From assembly GCA_965228855.1 (NCBI GenBank), contig CBDDIJ010000003.1:1856001-1920000 (forward strand): 64,000 nt of DNA, read 5' to 3'. The position numbers were made by a program, and so were the translations under genes. This DNA comes from Candidatus Obscuribacterales bacterium. Lineage in GTDB: Bacteria; Cyanobacteriota; Vampirovibrionia; Obscuribacterales; Obscuribacteraceae. The notes under the pieces are model-generated. The model ran no database searches, was not told the origin of the DNA, and saw only the letters and a program-made list of their open reading frames with translations. Position 1 is the stretch's first letter. Each line of letters begins with the position of its first letter. Positions 10,531 to 19,606 of this stretch are shown one piece after another.

Positions 10531-10898
10531 GAGCAGAGCGTTTCCCTTGATGCAGTCGCCGGCGTTCGAACATCTCCGGCGAGCGACCGTTTTTCCAATC
10601 TTTATCCGACCAGTATATATACGATCGGAAATTAGATGCTGCTTCAGCGACGGACTAGCCGACGTTGCCAACAAAAATTCATAGATGCCGTCGCAAACAA
10701 GAGCCAGAGCCAGAAATCATTGCTCGAAACCTTTGTTGTCATGAGACGTTTGAGATTGGGTTGGGTTTTCAACAGACGAAACTCAGGAAAAACCCTATGG
10801 TCTCCTGAAAAACCGGCAAACTATGCTGAGGTATACCAGCCGCTGGTTTTTCCCGCGTGTAGCCCGAGAAAGATTAACCATCGCCAGCGGTTGCTTAC

Positions 10899-10942
10899 AA
10901 AGACGTTAGAGGGAGGGAAGAGTGACCTTCCCTCGTCTTTTT
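10899..10942. terminator. hairpin, terminator-like
   Basis: GAGGGAAG-AGTGAC-CTTCCCTC with AAAGACG/CGTCTTT extension, downstream of the cyclase gene. Confidence 0.5.
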
Positions 10943-10992
10943 GGAGAGTTCTTCTCCGAGACGATCGAAAACGAAGGACGTTCCCTCCAGGT

Positions 10993-11787
10993 TCAGTCTT
11001 CGAGGAATGCCACCACTCTCGCCGGCGCCGCGCTGGCACCAACCAGTTTTATCGGGAAAAACGCGACTTTGAACCCGGAAGATGGAACGCTGTCCAGGTT
11101 GACTAACTGCTGAACAACGAAGAACTCCTTATCGCGATGAGCGAAGTGTGCATCCCAGATAAACTTCTTGTCTCTGGTTTTCTGATACTCAGCAATCATG
11201 ACGTGAAAGGGACGATCCCAACCAAGGGCGTCGGTGCCCCCGACCTTCGCTCCTTTATCAGCCAGCCACTGAGCCGATTCTCTTGTCATTCCCGGATAGT
11301 TGTAGCGCGCCGGATCGTTAATCGCGAACTTGTCGTGATCTGTTCTTATCAAGACAGCTTCACCGCCTGTGATATCACACCCGATCTTGTCCAGGGCCGA
11401 TTCCAGATCGGATACTGTAATTCCGCTGCCGGAGCCTCTTTTGTGTGTCATGTCCAGCACAATGGCAGGCAGATACAGATCGTGCAAATCGATTTCGTCA
11501 ACAGCTTTGGCCCTCTCTCCTCCGCAAGTGCTGCCGTAATGCAAGGGAGCATCCACGTGTGTTCCCATATGGCTCGACATTTTGAGATTGTCCTCGCCCC
11601 AGCCTTCGCCTTCTGGTAAGTCTTCTTTGCTGCAACCGAAAATCTCCATCATGATTTCGGCGCCTTTCTGATTGTCTATATATTCGATTTCTGGAGATAT
11701 TATTCTGAAGAGTGGCTTGATAATATCTGGAAAGCTAGCCTCATCCAGCGGCTTGAGAGCCCGCGTCAGGTCTACCAGTCGTGTCAT
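10993..11787 (-). CDS. cyclase family (kynurenine formamidase-like) metal-dependent hydrolase
   Basis: HxGTHxDAPxH motif 'HMGTHVDAPLH'; C-terminal 'PIKLVGASAAPARVVA'. Confidence 0.88.
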   Translation of the reverse strand: MTRLVDLTRALKPLDEASFPDIIKPLFRIISPEIEYIDNQKGAEIMMEIFGCSKEDLPEGEGWGEDNLKMSSHMGTHVDAPLHYGSTCGGERAKAVDEIDLHDLYLPAIVLDMTHKRGSGSGITVSDLESALDKIGCDITGGEAVLIRTDHDKFAINDPARYNYPGMTRESAQWLADKGAKVGGTDALGWDRPFHVMIAEYQKTRDKKFIWDAHFAHRDKEFFVVQQLVNLDSVPSSGFKVAFFPIKLVGASAAPARVVAFLED

Positions 11788-11879
11788 ATGTGGCTTCTCC
11801 GGTTTTATATGCTATGGACAATTTAGCCAATTCGGGTCATTTTAGATAGAGAACAGGTCTCTGTGATTACTGGAGTGTC

Positions 11880-12425
11880 ATGTTTCCAAAGTTCTTCACA
11901 TTGGAGGAAGCGAGGGCAGCATTGCCCGTCATCAAGGAATTTCTCCTTGCTGCCAATAGCGAGCTGGAAATACTCGCCGAGGACCTTATAGAAGCTAACG
12001 AGCGATTCGACCGCATTGAGAAGCGCCTGACCCACGCAAACATCATCAGCGTGGCGACCAGGGATAGCACGCTTGACTGGTCGAAAGCCGACGAGCTTTT
12101 CGAACGCGAAGTCAAACGCAGCGGTGCCTTGCATCATACTCCACACGAGGAAGATGAAGAGCGCTTCTCAGAAGCGGCTCATTCGCTTGCCGATTTGCAA
12201 AACAATTATTTGATCAGGTTGAACTACTGGCTCGACAAGATCAACGAGCAAGGCGTTATTCTGCGCGATTTGAGAACCGGATTGCTCGATTTTCCAGCCA
12301 GAGAAGGCTCGCTCGAATACTTTCTTTGCTGGAGACTTAGTGACTCGGATATAACTACCTGGCACCCGGTCAATGAAGGCTTTGCCGGACGGAAGCCTCT
12401 GTCAGTCCTTATCGAATACACTTAA
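11880..12425 (+). CDS. DUF2203 family protein
   Basis: 'FTLEEARAALP' start and 'RDLRTGLLDFPA...LCWR...WH....GFAGRKPL'. Confidence 0.85.
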   Translation: MFPKFFTLEEARAALPVIKEFLLAANSELEILAEDLIEANERFDRIEKRLTHANIISVATRDSTLDWSKADELFEREVKRSGALHHTPHEEDEERFSEAAHSLADLQNNYLIRLNYWLDKINEQGVILRDLRTGLLDFPAREGSLEYFLCWRLSDSDITTWHPVNEGFAGRKPLSVLIEYT

Positions 12426-12426
12426 A

Positions 12427-13173
12427 CTAACGAGAGTCCGGCACCGGCGCTTCCTCAATCGGTTTTTCGATTGATATCGCATATGGTGCACTACGAACAT
12501 TGTTCGTAGTTACAACGACTTCAGCTTCGCCGTTGCCGATGTGATCGGGAACTTTGACGGTGAGGGAATTGCGAGACGCATACAGCAATTGGGCGTCCCT
12601 TCCGCCGATGGAAACGTGGTTCTCGGACGGGTCGAGACTGAAACCTTTTCCTGAAAGGGTAAGGCGTCCACCTGCACGCGCAGTGGTGGGATTAATACCG
12701 GCGAATTCCGGAGTCAGTGGACCTTGCAGCACCCAACTCATGACCGCACCTTTGGGAGCTGTACCCTCAAGAATCAATGTGTTTATGCCCTGGAATACTT
12801 TGCCTGACAAATCGACATTCACCGTATGGCGCTCAATATAACTTTCGTCAAAAACCAGGTCTGCAGTAGGTTCCTCAGCGCCTTTGAGATTGGAGACGTT
12901 CATGTCACCGCCGATTAAAACTCGAATCCAGTTGAAACCGGCAGTTCCGCCGACACCGTTGTGGATAATCAGCGTCAGCGGTTTCATCACATCGGCTGCA
13001 TCAAGTTTGAACTGGCCAAAAAACCGCTGCATATGTTTCGAATTCGCGACAAAAGGACCTGCTGTTGCCACTTCTTCTACCGCGGTAGTGGAGACCTGAG
13101 CGAAACCAGGCGCTGGTGCAATGCCTAAGGCAAACGCCAAGATGAAAGCAATCAGTCGACGTTTCATTGTCAT
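12427..13173 (-). CDS. secreted IPT/TIG-domain protein
   Basis: signal peptide; 'INPTTARAGGRLTLSGKGFS...VSIGG...LTVKVP' IPT/TIG pattern. Confidence 0.75.
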   Translation of the reverse strand: MTMKRRLIAFILAFALGIAPAPGFAQVSTTAVEEVATAGPFVANSKHMQRFFGQFKLDAADVMKPLTLIIHNGVGGTAGFNWIRVLIGGDMNVSNLKGAEEPTADLVFDESYIERHTVNVDLSGKVFQGINTLILEGTAPKGAVMSWVLQGPLTPEFAGINPTTARAGGRLTLSGKGFSLDPSENHVSIGGRDAQLLYASRNSLTVKVPDHIGNGEAEVVVTTNNVRSAPYAISIEKPIEEAPVPDSR

Positions 13174-13211
13174 TCTCTGTCCAATTTTAGATTTTGAAAC
13201 CGTTTGCGAAT

Positions 13212-13334
13212 TTAGAACTCAGCGACGAGTCCGAACATCGCGATCAAAATGATAAAGCTGAAGTACAGGAGGAAGAACCACACCCAGCGGTTGATCAATT
13301 GAGTTTCGGTTAGTTTTACGTCTTTGCCGGCCAT
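13212..13334 (-). CDS. 40-aa single-TM microprotein (not in ORF track), last gene of the respiratory operon
   Basis: MAGKDVKLTETQLINRWVWFFLLYFSFIILIAMFGLVAEF; AAAGAGAG upstream of ATG. Confidence 0.6.
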   Translation of the reverse strand: MAGKDVKLTETQLINRWVWFFLLYFSFIILIAMFGLVAEF

Positions 13335-13376
13335 TTCAATCTCTCTTTATTTATCCACGCTTGTTCTGTGCAGAAC

Positions 13377-14018
13377 CTAGTCCTTCTTCTCTTCGGTCTT
13401 AGATTCTTCGGCTTTCTTTTCTTCTGCGGGCTTGTCACCGGAGGTGGTGGCAGCATCAACCTTAGCTTCAGCAGCCTTATCGGCATCTGCCGGGGTTGTT
13501 TCAGCAGTAGGTTTCGACTCTATAGCAGCCTTCGCATCTTCTTTCTTATCGTCACTCGGAGTAGCAGCTGGTGCAGCCGGCTTAGCGGCGGGCGCAGGTT
13601 TGGGTGCGGCTGCCGGAGCAGCGGCGAGCGGTTCCAAACCTTTGATGTAGGCGACGAACTCTTTTGCTTCAGCTTCAAACTTCCCGCGTTGCAGTCTGGA
13701 TAGCCAGAGCGCAAGTACACGTCGTCTTTCGACCGTCTTTTTCAAGCCGGGAGTACGCTCGCCTAAAAGTCTCTCGCGAATCATGCGATTGCCTTCGCGG
13801 TAATAGCAGTCGCCGATCTGGCAGCCGGTGACGATGACTCCGGAAGCGCCGGCTTTAAAGGCACCTTCGATCATCAGCGGTTGTACCATTCCGGAGCAAG
13901 GCAGTTTTACGACTTTCAGACCGGAAACGGTCGTGCAGTTACCTGCTTTGTCGCAGATGCCATCAACATCGGCGGCACGCTCGCATAAAAGTGTTATTAC
14001 TGTCTTCTGATCGGTCAT
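13377..14018 (-). CDS. MvhD/FlpD-like [2Fe-2S] subunit with Ala/Pro/Lys/Glu-rich tail
   Basis: 'LLCE...VVKLPCSGMV...GASGVIVTGCQIGDCYYREGN' MvhD Cys pattern. Confidence 0.85.
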   Translation of the reverse strand: MTDQKTVITLLCERAADVDGICDKAGNCTTVSGLKVVKLPCSGMVQPLMIEGAFKAGASGVIVTGCQIGDCYYREGNRMIRERLLGERTPGLKKTVERRRVLALWLSRLQRGKFEAEAKEFVAYIKGLEPLAAAPAAAPKPAPAAKPAAPAATPSDDKKEDAKAAIESKPTAETTPADADKAAEAKVDAATTSGDKPAEEKKAEESKTEEKKD

Positions 14019-14068
14019 TTCGGTTTACCTTCTGAACTCCGAATCGTGGTCACTGTATATGGTGCCGA

Positions 14069-15217
14069 TTAGGCAGATTGGCTGTTGGCCAATTGTTTGA
14101 TTTTCTCGTTAACATCCGAATCCAGGAGATTCGGCAAATCGATCGCATCGAATGCGCAAGCGCCGACGCAGACGCCGCATCCAGAGCAACGGTAAGGTTT
14201 GACCGTCGCCAACAATTTGAAACGAGAGCCGGCTGGAGCAGGCACCATCTCGATAGCCTGGAACGGGCAATCTTTGAAGCAGAACGAGCAACCTGTACAT
14301 TTCGAATCAACGACTTCCGCCGATTCCACCGGTTTCTTATTAGTGAACGGATACGGAATCAAACAGAGTGCAGCCGTGATCAAGATCATCGAGATCCAGA
14401 AGCCTGTCGTGCCAAGTGCACCGAGAACGGCATAGGGCAACAGGAAGAAAACGTCGATATCCATGCTGGTCGGTTGCGAATTCAAATCTGCAATCTTGGT
14501 TGCGGTGATCGGGAAGAAGTAGACAACCGCAAAGATGATGGTCATCAAAATGTAGTTGAGCGCAGGAGGCGGTGTGATGACCGGTCTCGACATACGCACG
14601 TAGTGGATCCACAGAGCGAAAAGTAGTGAGAACGAAAGTCCGATGTGGATAAACAGGAAGTTCGACAGGGTCAGGTTGGAAATTGTCCGACCGTTTAGGA
14701 ACCAGTTTCTAAGCGGTTCTCCAATAACCGGAACGACTTCGAGAGCCGATACGGTCATACGAGTAAGAAGGAGCGAGCGCTCGTCCCAGATCAGGTAATA
14801 ACCGGTTTGACCGATGAAAAGAACCATCAACAGCAGGACGATACCTGATTCCCACTGAACCCAGCGGTACTGGCGATATCTATCGGTAAACCACACACGC
14901 ACCATGTGAATCAAAATTGCAACGACCATCGCATCGCCGGCGTATCTGTGAACCGCGCGGATCACCGCGCCGAACGGAATATCGTTGGTGATGTATGCGA
15001 CCGAGGTATACGCATTAACGAGGTTCTTCGAGAAGTACGCGTTATCGATCGTCGGCACATAGTAGGCAAAAAGAAGCAGCCCACTTAAGAACAGGATATA
15101 CATGATGAACTGCGGCAAGGCGCCGTGGTAGTACAACGGGTTGTACTTGCTCGTCGATATCTTGTTGAGTAAATCTTCTGTTACCAGAAAAATTTGGGTC
15201 CAGATATTCGTTTTCAT
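14069..15217 (-). CDS. cytochrome b-like protein fused to a 2x[4Fe-4S] ferredoxin domain
   Basis: four heme His (HRYAGDAMVVAILIH; HIGLSFSLLFALWIH); CTGCSFCFKDCP and CSGCGVCVGACA. Confidence 0.88.
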   Translation of the reverse strand: MKTNIWTQIFLVTEDLLNKISTSKYNPLYYHGALPQFIMYILFLSGLLLFAYYVPTIDNAYFSKNLVNAYTSVAYITNDIPFGAVIRAVHRYAGDAMVVAILIHMVRVWFTDRYRQYRWVQWESGIVLLLMVLFIGQTGYYLIWDERSLLLTRMTVSALEVVPVIGEPLRNWFLNGRTISNLTLSNFLFIHIGLSFSLLFALWIHYVRMSRPVITPPPALNYILMTIIFAVVYFFPITATKIADLNSQPTSMDIDVFFLLPYAVLGALGTTGFWISMILITAALCLIPYPFTNKKPVESAEVVDSKCTGCSFCFKDCPFQAIEMVPAPAGSRFKLLATVKPYRCSGCGVCVGACAFDAIDLPNLLDSDVNEKIKQLANSQSA

Positions 15218-15268
15218 TAGTCCTGTCCTTCGGCTCCCCTCTTCAATTCACGAAATCAAATTTCAAAA

Positions 15269-15607
15269 CTACTTCTTCTCGGGCAACGTCATCTTCTCTT
15301 CGTCATCAGCGCTGCCGATAGCCGCAATCGCAATCGCAGCACCTAAAAGAGCCAAGCCGATAGCCAGGGAGTAAACATATTCGCCTTTTTTACCCTCTGC
15401 CTTTTGCGACTCCAGATGCGTTTTGTGTTTATCGGCCGAGCCGCCATAAATCTCGCCCAGGGCCTTTCCAACCGGCTCGAGGTGCAGGAGTTTAAAAGTG
15501 TGAGGCAAATTATCGACATTCATGTCCAACTCTGCCCACGGCATCATTGCGCTTGCCCAGAGACAAAGCCCAATCGCCGCCGCCATTAATCCAACTCGAA
15601 TAGCCAC
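15269..15607 (-). CDS. hypothetical 2-TM membrane protein of the respiratory operon
   Basis: two hydrophobic helices; tight operon spacing. Confidence 0.65.
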   Translation of the reverse strand: MAIRVGLMAAAIGLCLWASAMMPWAELDMNVDNLPHTFKLLHLEPVGKALGEIYGGSADKHKTHLESQKAEGKKGEYVYSLAIGLALLGAAIAIAAIGSADDEEKMTLPEKK

Positions 15608-15610
15608 TTC

Positions 15611-16012
15611 TCAGCTCTCTCCCTTTTCAGTTACCACGACCTTGTTGCCGCTTTTGGGCTGCAGGGCAAGGTTGATTCTCTCAAACAACTGGATACGTTT
15701 TTTCAAAGTGCCTTTTGCTTTTTCTTCGAAGTAGACCCAGTAGGCATGCACTCCGAGAAACAACAAGGTGAAGACGGTGCCTGCGACCAGAGTGACGGCG
15801 TTGGCCAAACTCAAGTCCTTACCGATCTCGCGCCAACCTTCGAAAAAAAGAGAAAGCGCGTAAGCAGCACAGCTGAAGTTGATCAGCTTGTAGATGAACT
15901 TCACCTTTTGATGCGGGACCGAAGCATGCTCGGCAGTGCCACCATGTTCGGTGCCACCGGCTGATGCCTGCATCTTGTCCTTATTCGTCATCGAAAGTTG
16001 AAGTACTCCCAT
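15611..16012 (-). CDS. hypothetical 2-TM membrane protein of the respiratory operon
   Basis: start moved to ATG 16012 to avoid overlap with cytochrome b; two TM helices. Confidence 0.6.
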   Translation of the reverse strand: MGVLQLSMTNKDKMQASAGGTEHGGTAEHASVPHQKVKFIYKLINFSCAAYALSLFFEGWREIGKDLSLANAVTLVAGTVFTLLFLGVHAYWVYFEEKAKGTLKKRIQLFERINLALQPKSGNKVVVTEKGES

Positions 16013-16014
16013 GT

Positions 16015-17805
16015 CTATTTCTTGGCGTCCACTTGAGCAGCGGATTTGCTGCGAGCCACGAAGAAGGTCACAATCGCTGCAAGAGTGGTCACGAAGCCAC
16101 CAATCATCCACCACCAATCCACTTCAGGTACGCTCATCGGGTAGACCTCGAACGGTTTCGGATTGAGATTGGACAGGTTCATACGATCGTGGAAGTTGAC
16201 GTAATCCCAGGCCCATTTGTTGGCGATCATGAAATCGACCGCGCCTTTGTAGACAGGGTTTTTCTCGTCGAAGGTCGGAATGAGCTGGAACAACCAGTCG
16301 ATACCGGTTGTGGTGTTCTTGAGTTCTTCCAACTTCGCGACGGCAACATCACCGCCTTGAATTTTCTGAATCCACGAATTCACGGCAACCGTGAAGTCGG
16401 TGTTGTAAGGCATTTCAGTTCCTTTCGGAACCAGCGTGCGAATTGTGGTCTCCAGTTCGTCTGCCTTTCCACCCCAGAACGGTCTGAAGAGTAGATAGGT
16501 AAAGCCCTGCGTCACCGGCGACATAAACATTTCGGTTCTTGCCATGTAGTAGTACAGCACAGCGAGAATCGATTGCAGTCCGCCGAGAACTGCCATGACG
16601 ATTGAAGGACGAACTCCTTTTGCCCATTCCTTCGCATCTTTAGATTGCCAGATCATGACGATTTGCCATAGCAAGCCGACATCGATAGCAAGATATGAAA
16701 GTGAACGCCAGAACGGAGGATCGTAGTGAATGTTCGCTACGTTGATAACGATCAGGTATGAGAAGACAATCCACGAGACTCCACCCATGATGGTCATCAT
16801 CAGGATGAACGGGCGCTTCATGATGTTCTTTTCCGGTCCGGCGATCCAGGTGTCGAGGAACGGCAAGAGAATAACCGTCACCGGAATGACCATAGTGATT
16901 TCGGTAGCCACGACCGGCTCCAGGTATTTGTACATCTGATACAAGCCCAGGAAGTACCAGTCAGAAAGAATCGGCAACGGCGTGACGTCCGGGTCGGAAC
17001 GTCGACCTTGAGCAGCCGGGAGAATTACAGCAGTAATCACGAGCATCATGATGACGGTAAAGCGCTTGATCCAGTTGAGCGGCATGCGCACGTAGTTGTT
17101 GTTGTAGAAATAGATTTCTACAAGAATCAAAGGGATCAAGGAGAAAGCCAGGTGAAGAGAGAAGAAGCGCGTAATCGTTTCTTGAGTGATTGCACCACCT
17201 GCGCCAAGAAGAACCTCGGCGGTGTTCCAACCCAAGTGCAACGACTTGACGAGAGGCTCGTAGTAATCGCCCATTACAGGGAACTGGTCCATGTAAGTCG
17301 GGAATGTGGCAAACACTTTTGTAGCCCAAAAAGCGCGCTGGTTCCAAATCAACAAATATCCGGTCAGACCGGAATACATTGACAGGAGAAGCATCACAAG
17401 ACCGATTGCGATGTTGAATTCTTTGCTCGGTTTATAGTCAGCAAGAATGAACATACGGAAAACTCGCATGGTAGCGGCGATAATCATCGCGTCCGCCCCA
17501 TACTTATGAACCCCTCGGACTATATTTCCGAAAGGCACGTGCCATTGAATTGCATAGATCGAGTCGTACGCTGCCGCTTTGGTAGGCACGTACCACATGA
17601 TGAGCATGAGTCCGGAAGCCATCGTAACGAACCAGACCAGATAGAAAATCGGTCCCAGCGCGTAGAACGGATTGGTCTTCGCTTCCAGCTGATGGTGCTC
17701 ATCGAATATGTCGATGTTTTTGAAGCGCGTTCCTAAGTAGTCCCAGAGGAACTGAACGCCTCCCCACACCTTATTTCCAGGTTTGTTTGCAGTGCTACTC
17801 GTCAT
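16015..17805 (-). CDS. cytochrome b of a cytochrome bc complex (long form, C-terminal membrane extension)
   Basis: 'GNIVRGVHKYGA', 'GLTGYLLIWNQRAFWA', 'TITRFFSLH', Qo-like 'ILSDWYFLGLYQ'. Confidence 0.88.
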   Translation of the reverse strand: MTSSTANKPGNKVWGGVQFLWDYLGTRFKNIDIFDEHHQLEAKTNPFYALGPIFYLVWFVTMASGLMLIMWYVPTKAAAYDSIYAIQWHVPFGNIVRGVHKYGADAMIIAATMRVFRMFILADYKPSKEFNIAIGLVMLLLSMYSGLTGYLLIWNQRAFWATKVFATFPTYMDQFPVMGDYYEPLVKSLHLGWNTAEVLLGAGGAITQETITRFFSLHLAFSLIPLILVEIYFYNNNYVRMPLNWIKRFTVIMMLVITAVILPAAQGRRSDPDVTPLPILSDWYFLGLYQMYKYLEPVVATEITMVIPVTVILLPFLDTWIAGPEKNIMKRPFILMMTIMGGVSWIVFSYLIVINVANIHYDPPFWRSLSYLAIDVGLLWQIVMIWQSKDAKEWAKGVRPSIVMAVLGGLQSILAVLYYYMARTEMFMSPVTQGFTYLLFRPFWGGKADELETTIRTLVPKGTEMPYNTDFTVAVNSWIQKIQGGDVAVAKLEELKNTTTGIDWLFQLIPTFDEKNPVYKGAVDFMIANKWAWDYVNFHDRMNLSNLNPKPFEVYPMSVPEVDWWWMIGGFVTTLAAIVTFFVARSKSAAQVDAKK

Positions 17806-18380
17806 GCGATCGAACCGGCCTCCAACGATGTTATTTCGATCTTTCCGCCATCCTTCTTGAGCTGGAATTTACGCGGCGGACGCGGCGCCGGACCGGAGAT
17901 AACCTTGCCGCCATGAGCAATGTCATAAACGGAGAGGTGGCACGGGCAGGCGAATACTGGACCAGCGGGTTTGTAGTTATAGCCTTTGGCGCACTCTTCA
18001 GGCTCTTTGACGAAGTTGAAGATGCAACCAAGGTGCGGACAGATGCGGCTGTACGCTTCTACGTCACCATTCGGCAATTTAACGATGAAACCAGGGATGG
18101 TACGAACTTCTTTGAGTTCAGGGTTGTACTCCAGGTATTTCTGGTTGAAAGTAAACGGAATGCAAGTCCAGGGCTCCGGGAAATCTGCATCCGTGAATGT
18201 TGGAATTGGTGGCTCTGCGAGCGGTTGGTCGGATTTACCGAGGATGTCCAACGGACCCAGAGTCGGGCGCAGGAAGCGCAAGAACGGCGAGACCAGCAGT
18301 CCGAAAGTCATTGCCAGCGGAACAGCTGCCACCGTCTTTAGTATCGTTCTTCTCTTAACACCATCACTCATGGCAGTCAC
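17802..18380 (-). CDS. Rieske [2Fe-2S] subunit of a cytochrome bc complex
   Basis: Tat-like 'KRRTILK' plus TM; CPHLGC and CPCHLSVY; GPAPRP. Confidence 0.92.
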   Translation of the reverse strand: MTAMSDGVKRRTILKTVAAVPLAMTFGLLVSPFLRFLRPTLGPLDILGKSDQPLAEPPIPTFTDADFPEPWTCIPFTFNQKYLEYNPELKEVRTIPGFIVKLPNGDVEAYSRICPHLGCIFNFVKEPEECAKGYNYKPAGPVFACPCHLSVYDIAHGGKVISGPAPRPPRKFQLKKDGGKIEITSLEAGSIA

Positions 18381-18384
18381 CTTC

Positions 18385-19377
18385 TTATTGAACAGATTCT
18401 TTTCTGTCGAGTTTTTCAGCTATGCGCGCCTTGTCAGCGGCCGCCTTATCTTTGATATTAGTTGAAATCGCGCTTGGCGACGCGGAATTGTTGCGCGATG
18501 CTTTCTTGCCTTCAAGAGCTGGCGCGCTGTCTTCGTGGAAGTTTCGAACGTACTGCGTCAGCTTCCAGATATAATCCGCGTCAAACGTGACTTTGTTTCC
18601 TCTGTCTTGTTTGCCGAGGAAGTTGGGCATACCCTCCCAGCGGATACCGTTGGCGATGTGGTCCCAGATTTGTTCGTCGGTTCTGTCGTAGAAACGATCG
18701 AACTGAGTGAAGTTGGCGGGAGCCGGCTGTAGAACCAGACCTTTGTTAAGCTGCCCGTCTCCTGCGCCTCGGCTTCCGTGACACACGGCGCAATTCGCAC
18801 CGAACACGGCTTTCATTGCCAATCGCTCTTCGTCAGAAAGTAACGGAACAGCAAGACTTCTCGTGTAGAAAATCAGGTCCCATCTCTGGCGCTTGCTCAG
18901 CTTATCGAGAAACGCTTCGTGCTTCATGACACGGGGCGCAGCCTCTTTGGTCTCCGTTTCGCTTCCTTCAGCAGTTCCAAGAGCGCTGGTCACAGGCGTA
19001 ATCTCTTCCTTGCCTTCGCCGAAAGAAATCAACTTATATTGATCGACCGGCTTGCGTTGTCTCATACGCTCGACATTGGTAAGGTCGATATCGCATTGAC
19101 CGGCTACGCCTTTGCCGTCGGCACCGTGACACGATGCGCAATTTTGCTGCTGCCAGTAGACACTTCCGTCATAGACAGAAGGTACTGCGTCCGGGAAAAG
19201 AACGACGTCCTTACCGGCAGTAGCATCTCTGTTAGCCAGTTCCGACTCCTTCTGTCCGACACTCACCTGAGATTGGCAAGCTGTCAGGGACACGGCAATC
19301 GGGATAGTAAGGAGCGCAAATCCAAGCAGATTGAATTTGCGAGTTAGTTTTTTCAATCGAGTGAGTTGAGGGTGCAT
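18385..19377 (-). CDS. diheme c-type cytochrome, probable lipoprotein
   Basis: CASCH and CAVCH; 'LTAC' lipobox; distal Met 'GMPNF'. Confidence 0.88.
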   Translation of the reverse strand: MHPQLTRLKKLTRKFNLLGFALLTIPIAVSLTACQSQVSVGQKESELANRDATAGKDVVLFPDAVPSVYDGSVYWQQQNCASCHGADGKGVAGQCDIDLTNVERMRQRKPVDQYKLISFGEGKEEITPVTSALGTAEGSETETKEAAPRVMKHEAFLDKLSKRQRWDLIFYTRSLAVPLLSDEERLAMKAVFGANCAVCHGSRGAGDGQLNKGLVLQPAPANFTQFDRFYDRTDEQIWDHIANGIRWEGMPNFLGKQDRGNKVTFDADYIWKLTQYVRNFHEDSAPALEGKKASRNNSASPSAISTNIKDKAAADKARIAEKLDRKESVQ

Positions 19378-19416
19378 TTCTATTTCAACTTTACTTGTGA
19401 TACCAGCGAGACGAAA

Positions 19417-19587
19417 TCAATAATTGAAGAACGGAATCCAGGAGACCGCTGCATACATGAAAATAAGCACGAACGCGACGACGAGAAACGGAGGAGGCGG
19501 ACCTTCTCCGATTCGGTATTCCGACACTACTTCGTAGTGCTCTTCGGCTGGTTCTTCTTTAGCTTTTGGATTGCTTGGGTTAGCCAT
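19417..19587 (-). CDS. 56-aa single-TM protein resembling the CcoP/FixP N-terminal anchor (not in ORF track)
   Basis: MANPSNPKAKEEPAEEHYEVVSEYRIGEGPPPPFLVVAFVLIFMYAAVSWIPFFNY; GAGGTGA RBS. Confidence 0.65.
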   Translation of the reverse strand: MANPSNPKAKEEPAEEHYEVVSEYRIGEGPPPPFLVVAFVLIFMYAAVSWIPFFNY

Positions 19588-19606
19588 TTCTCACCTCTAA
19601 CGAACA

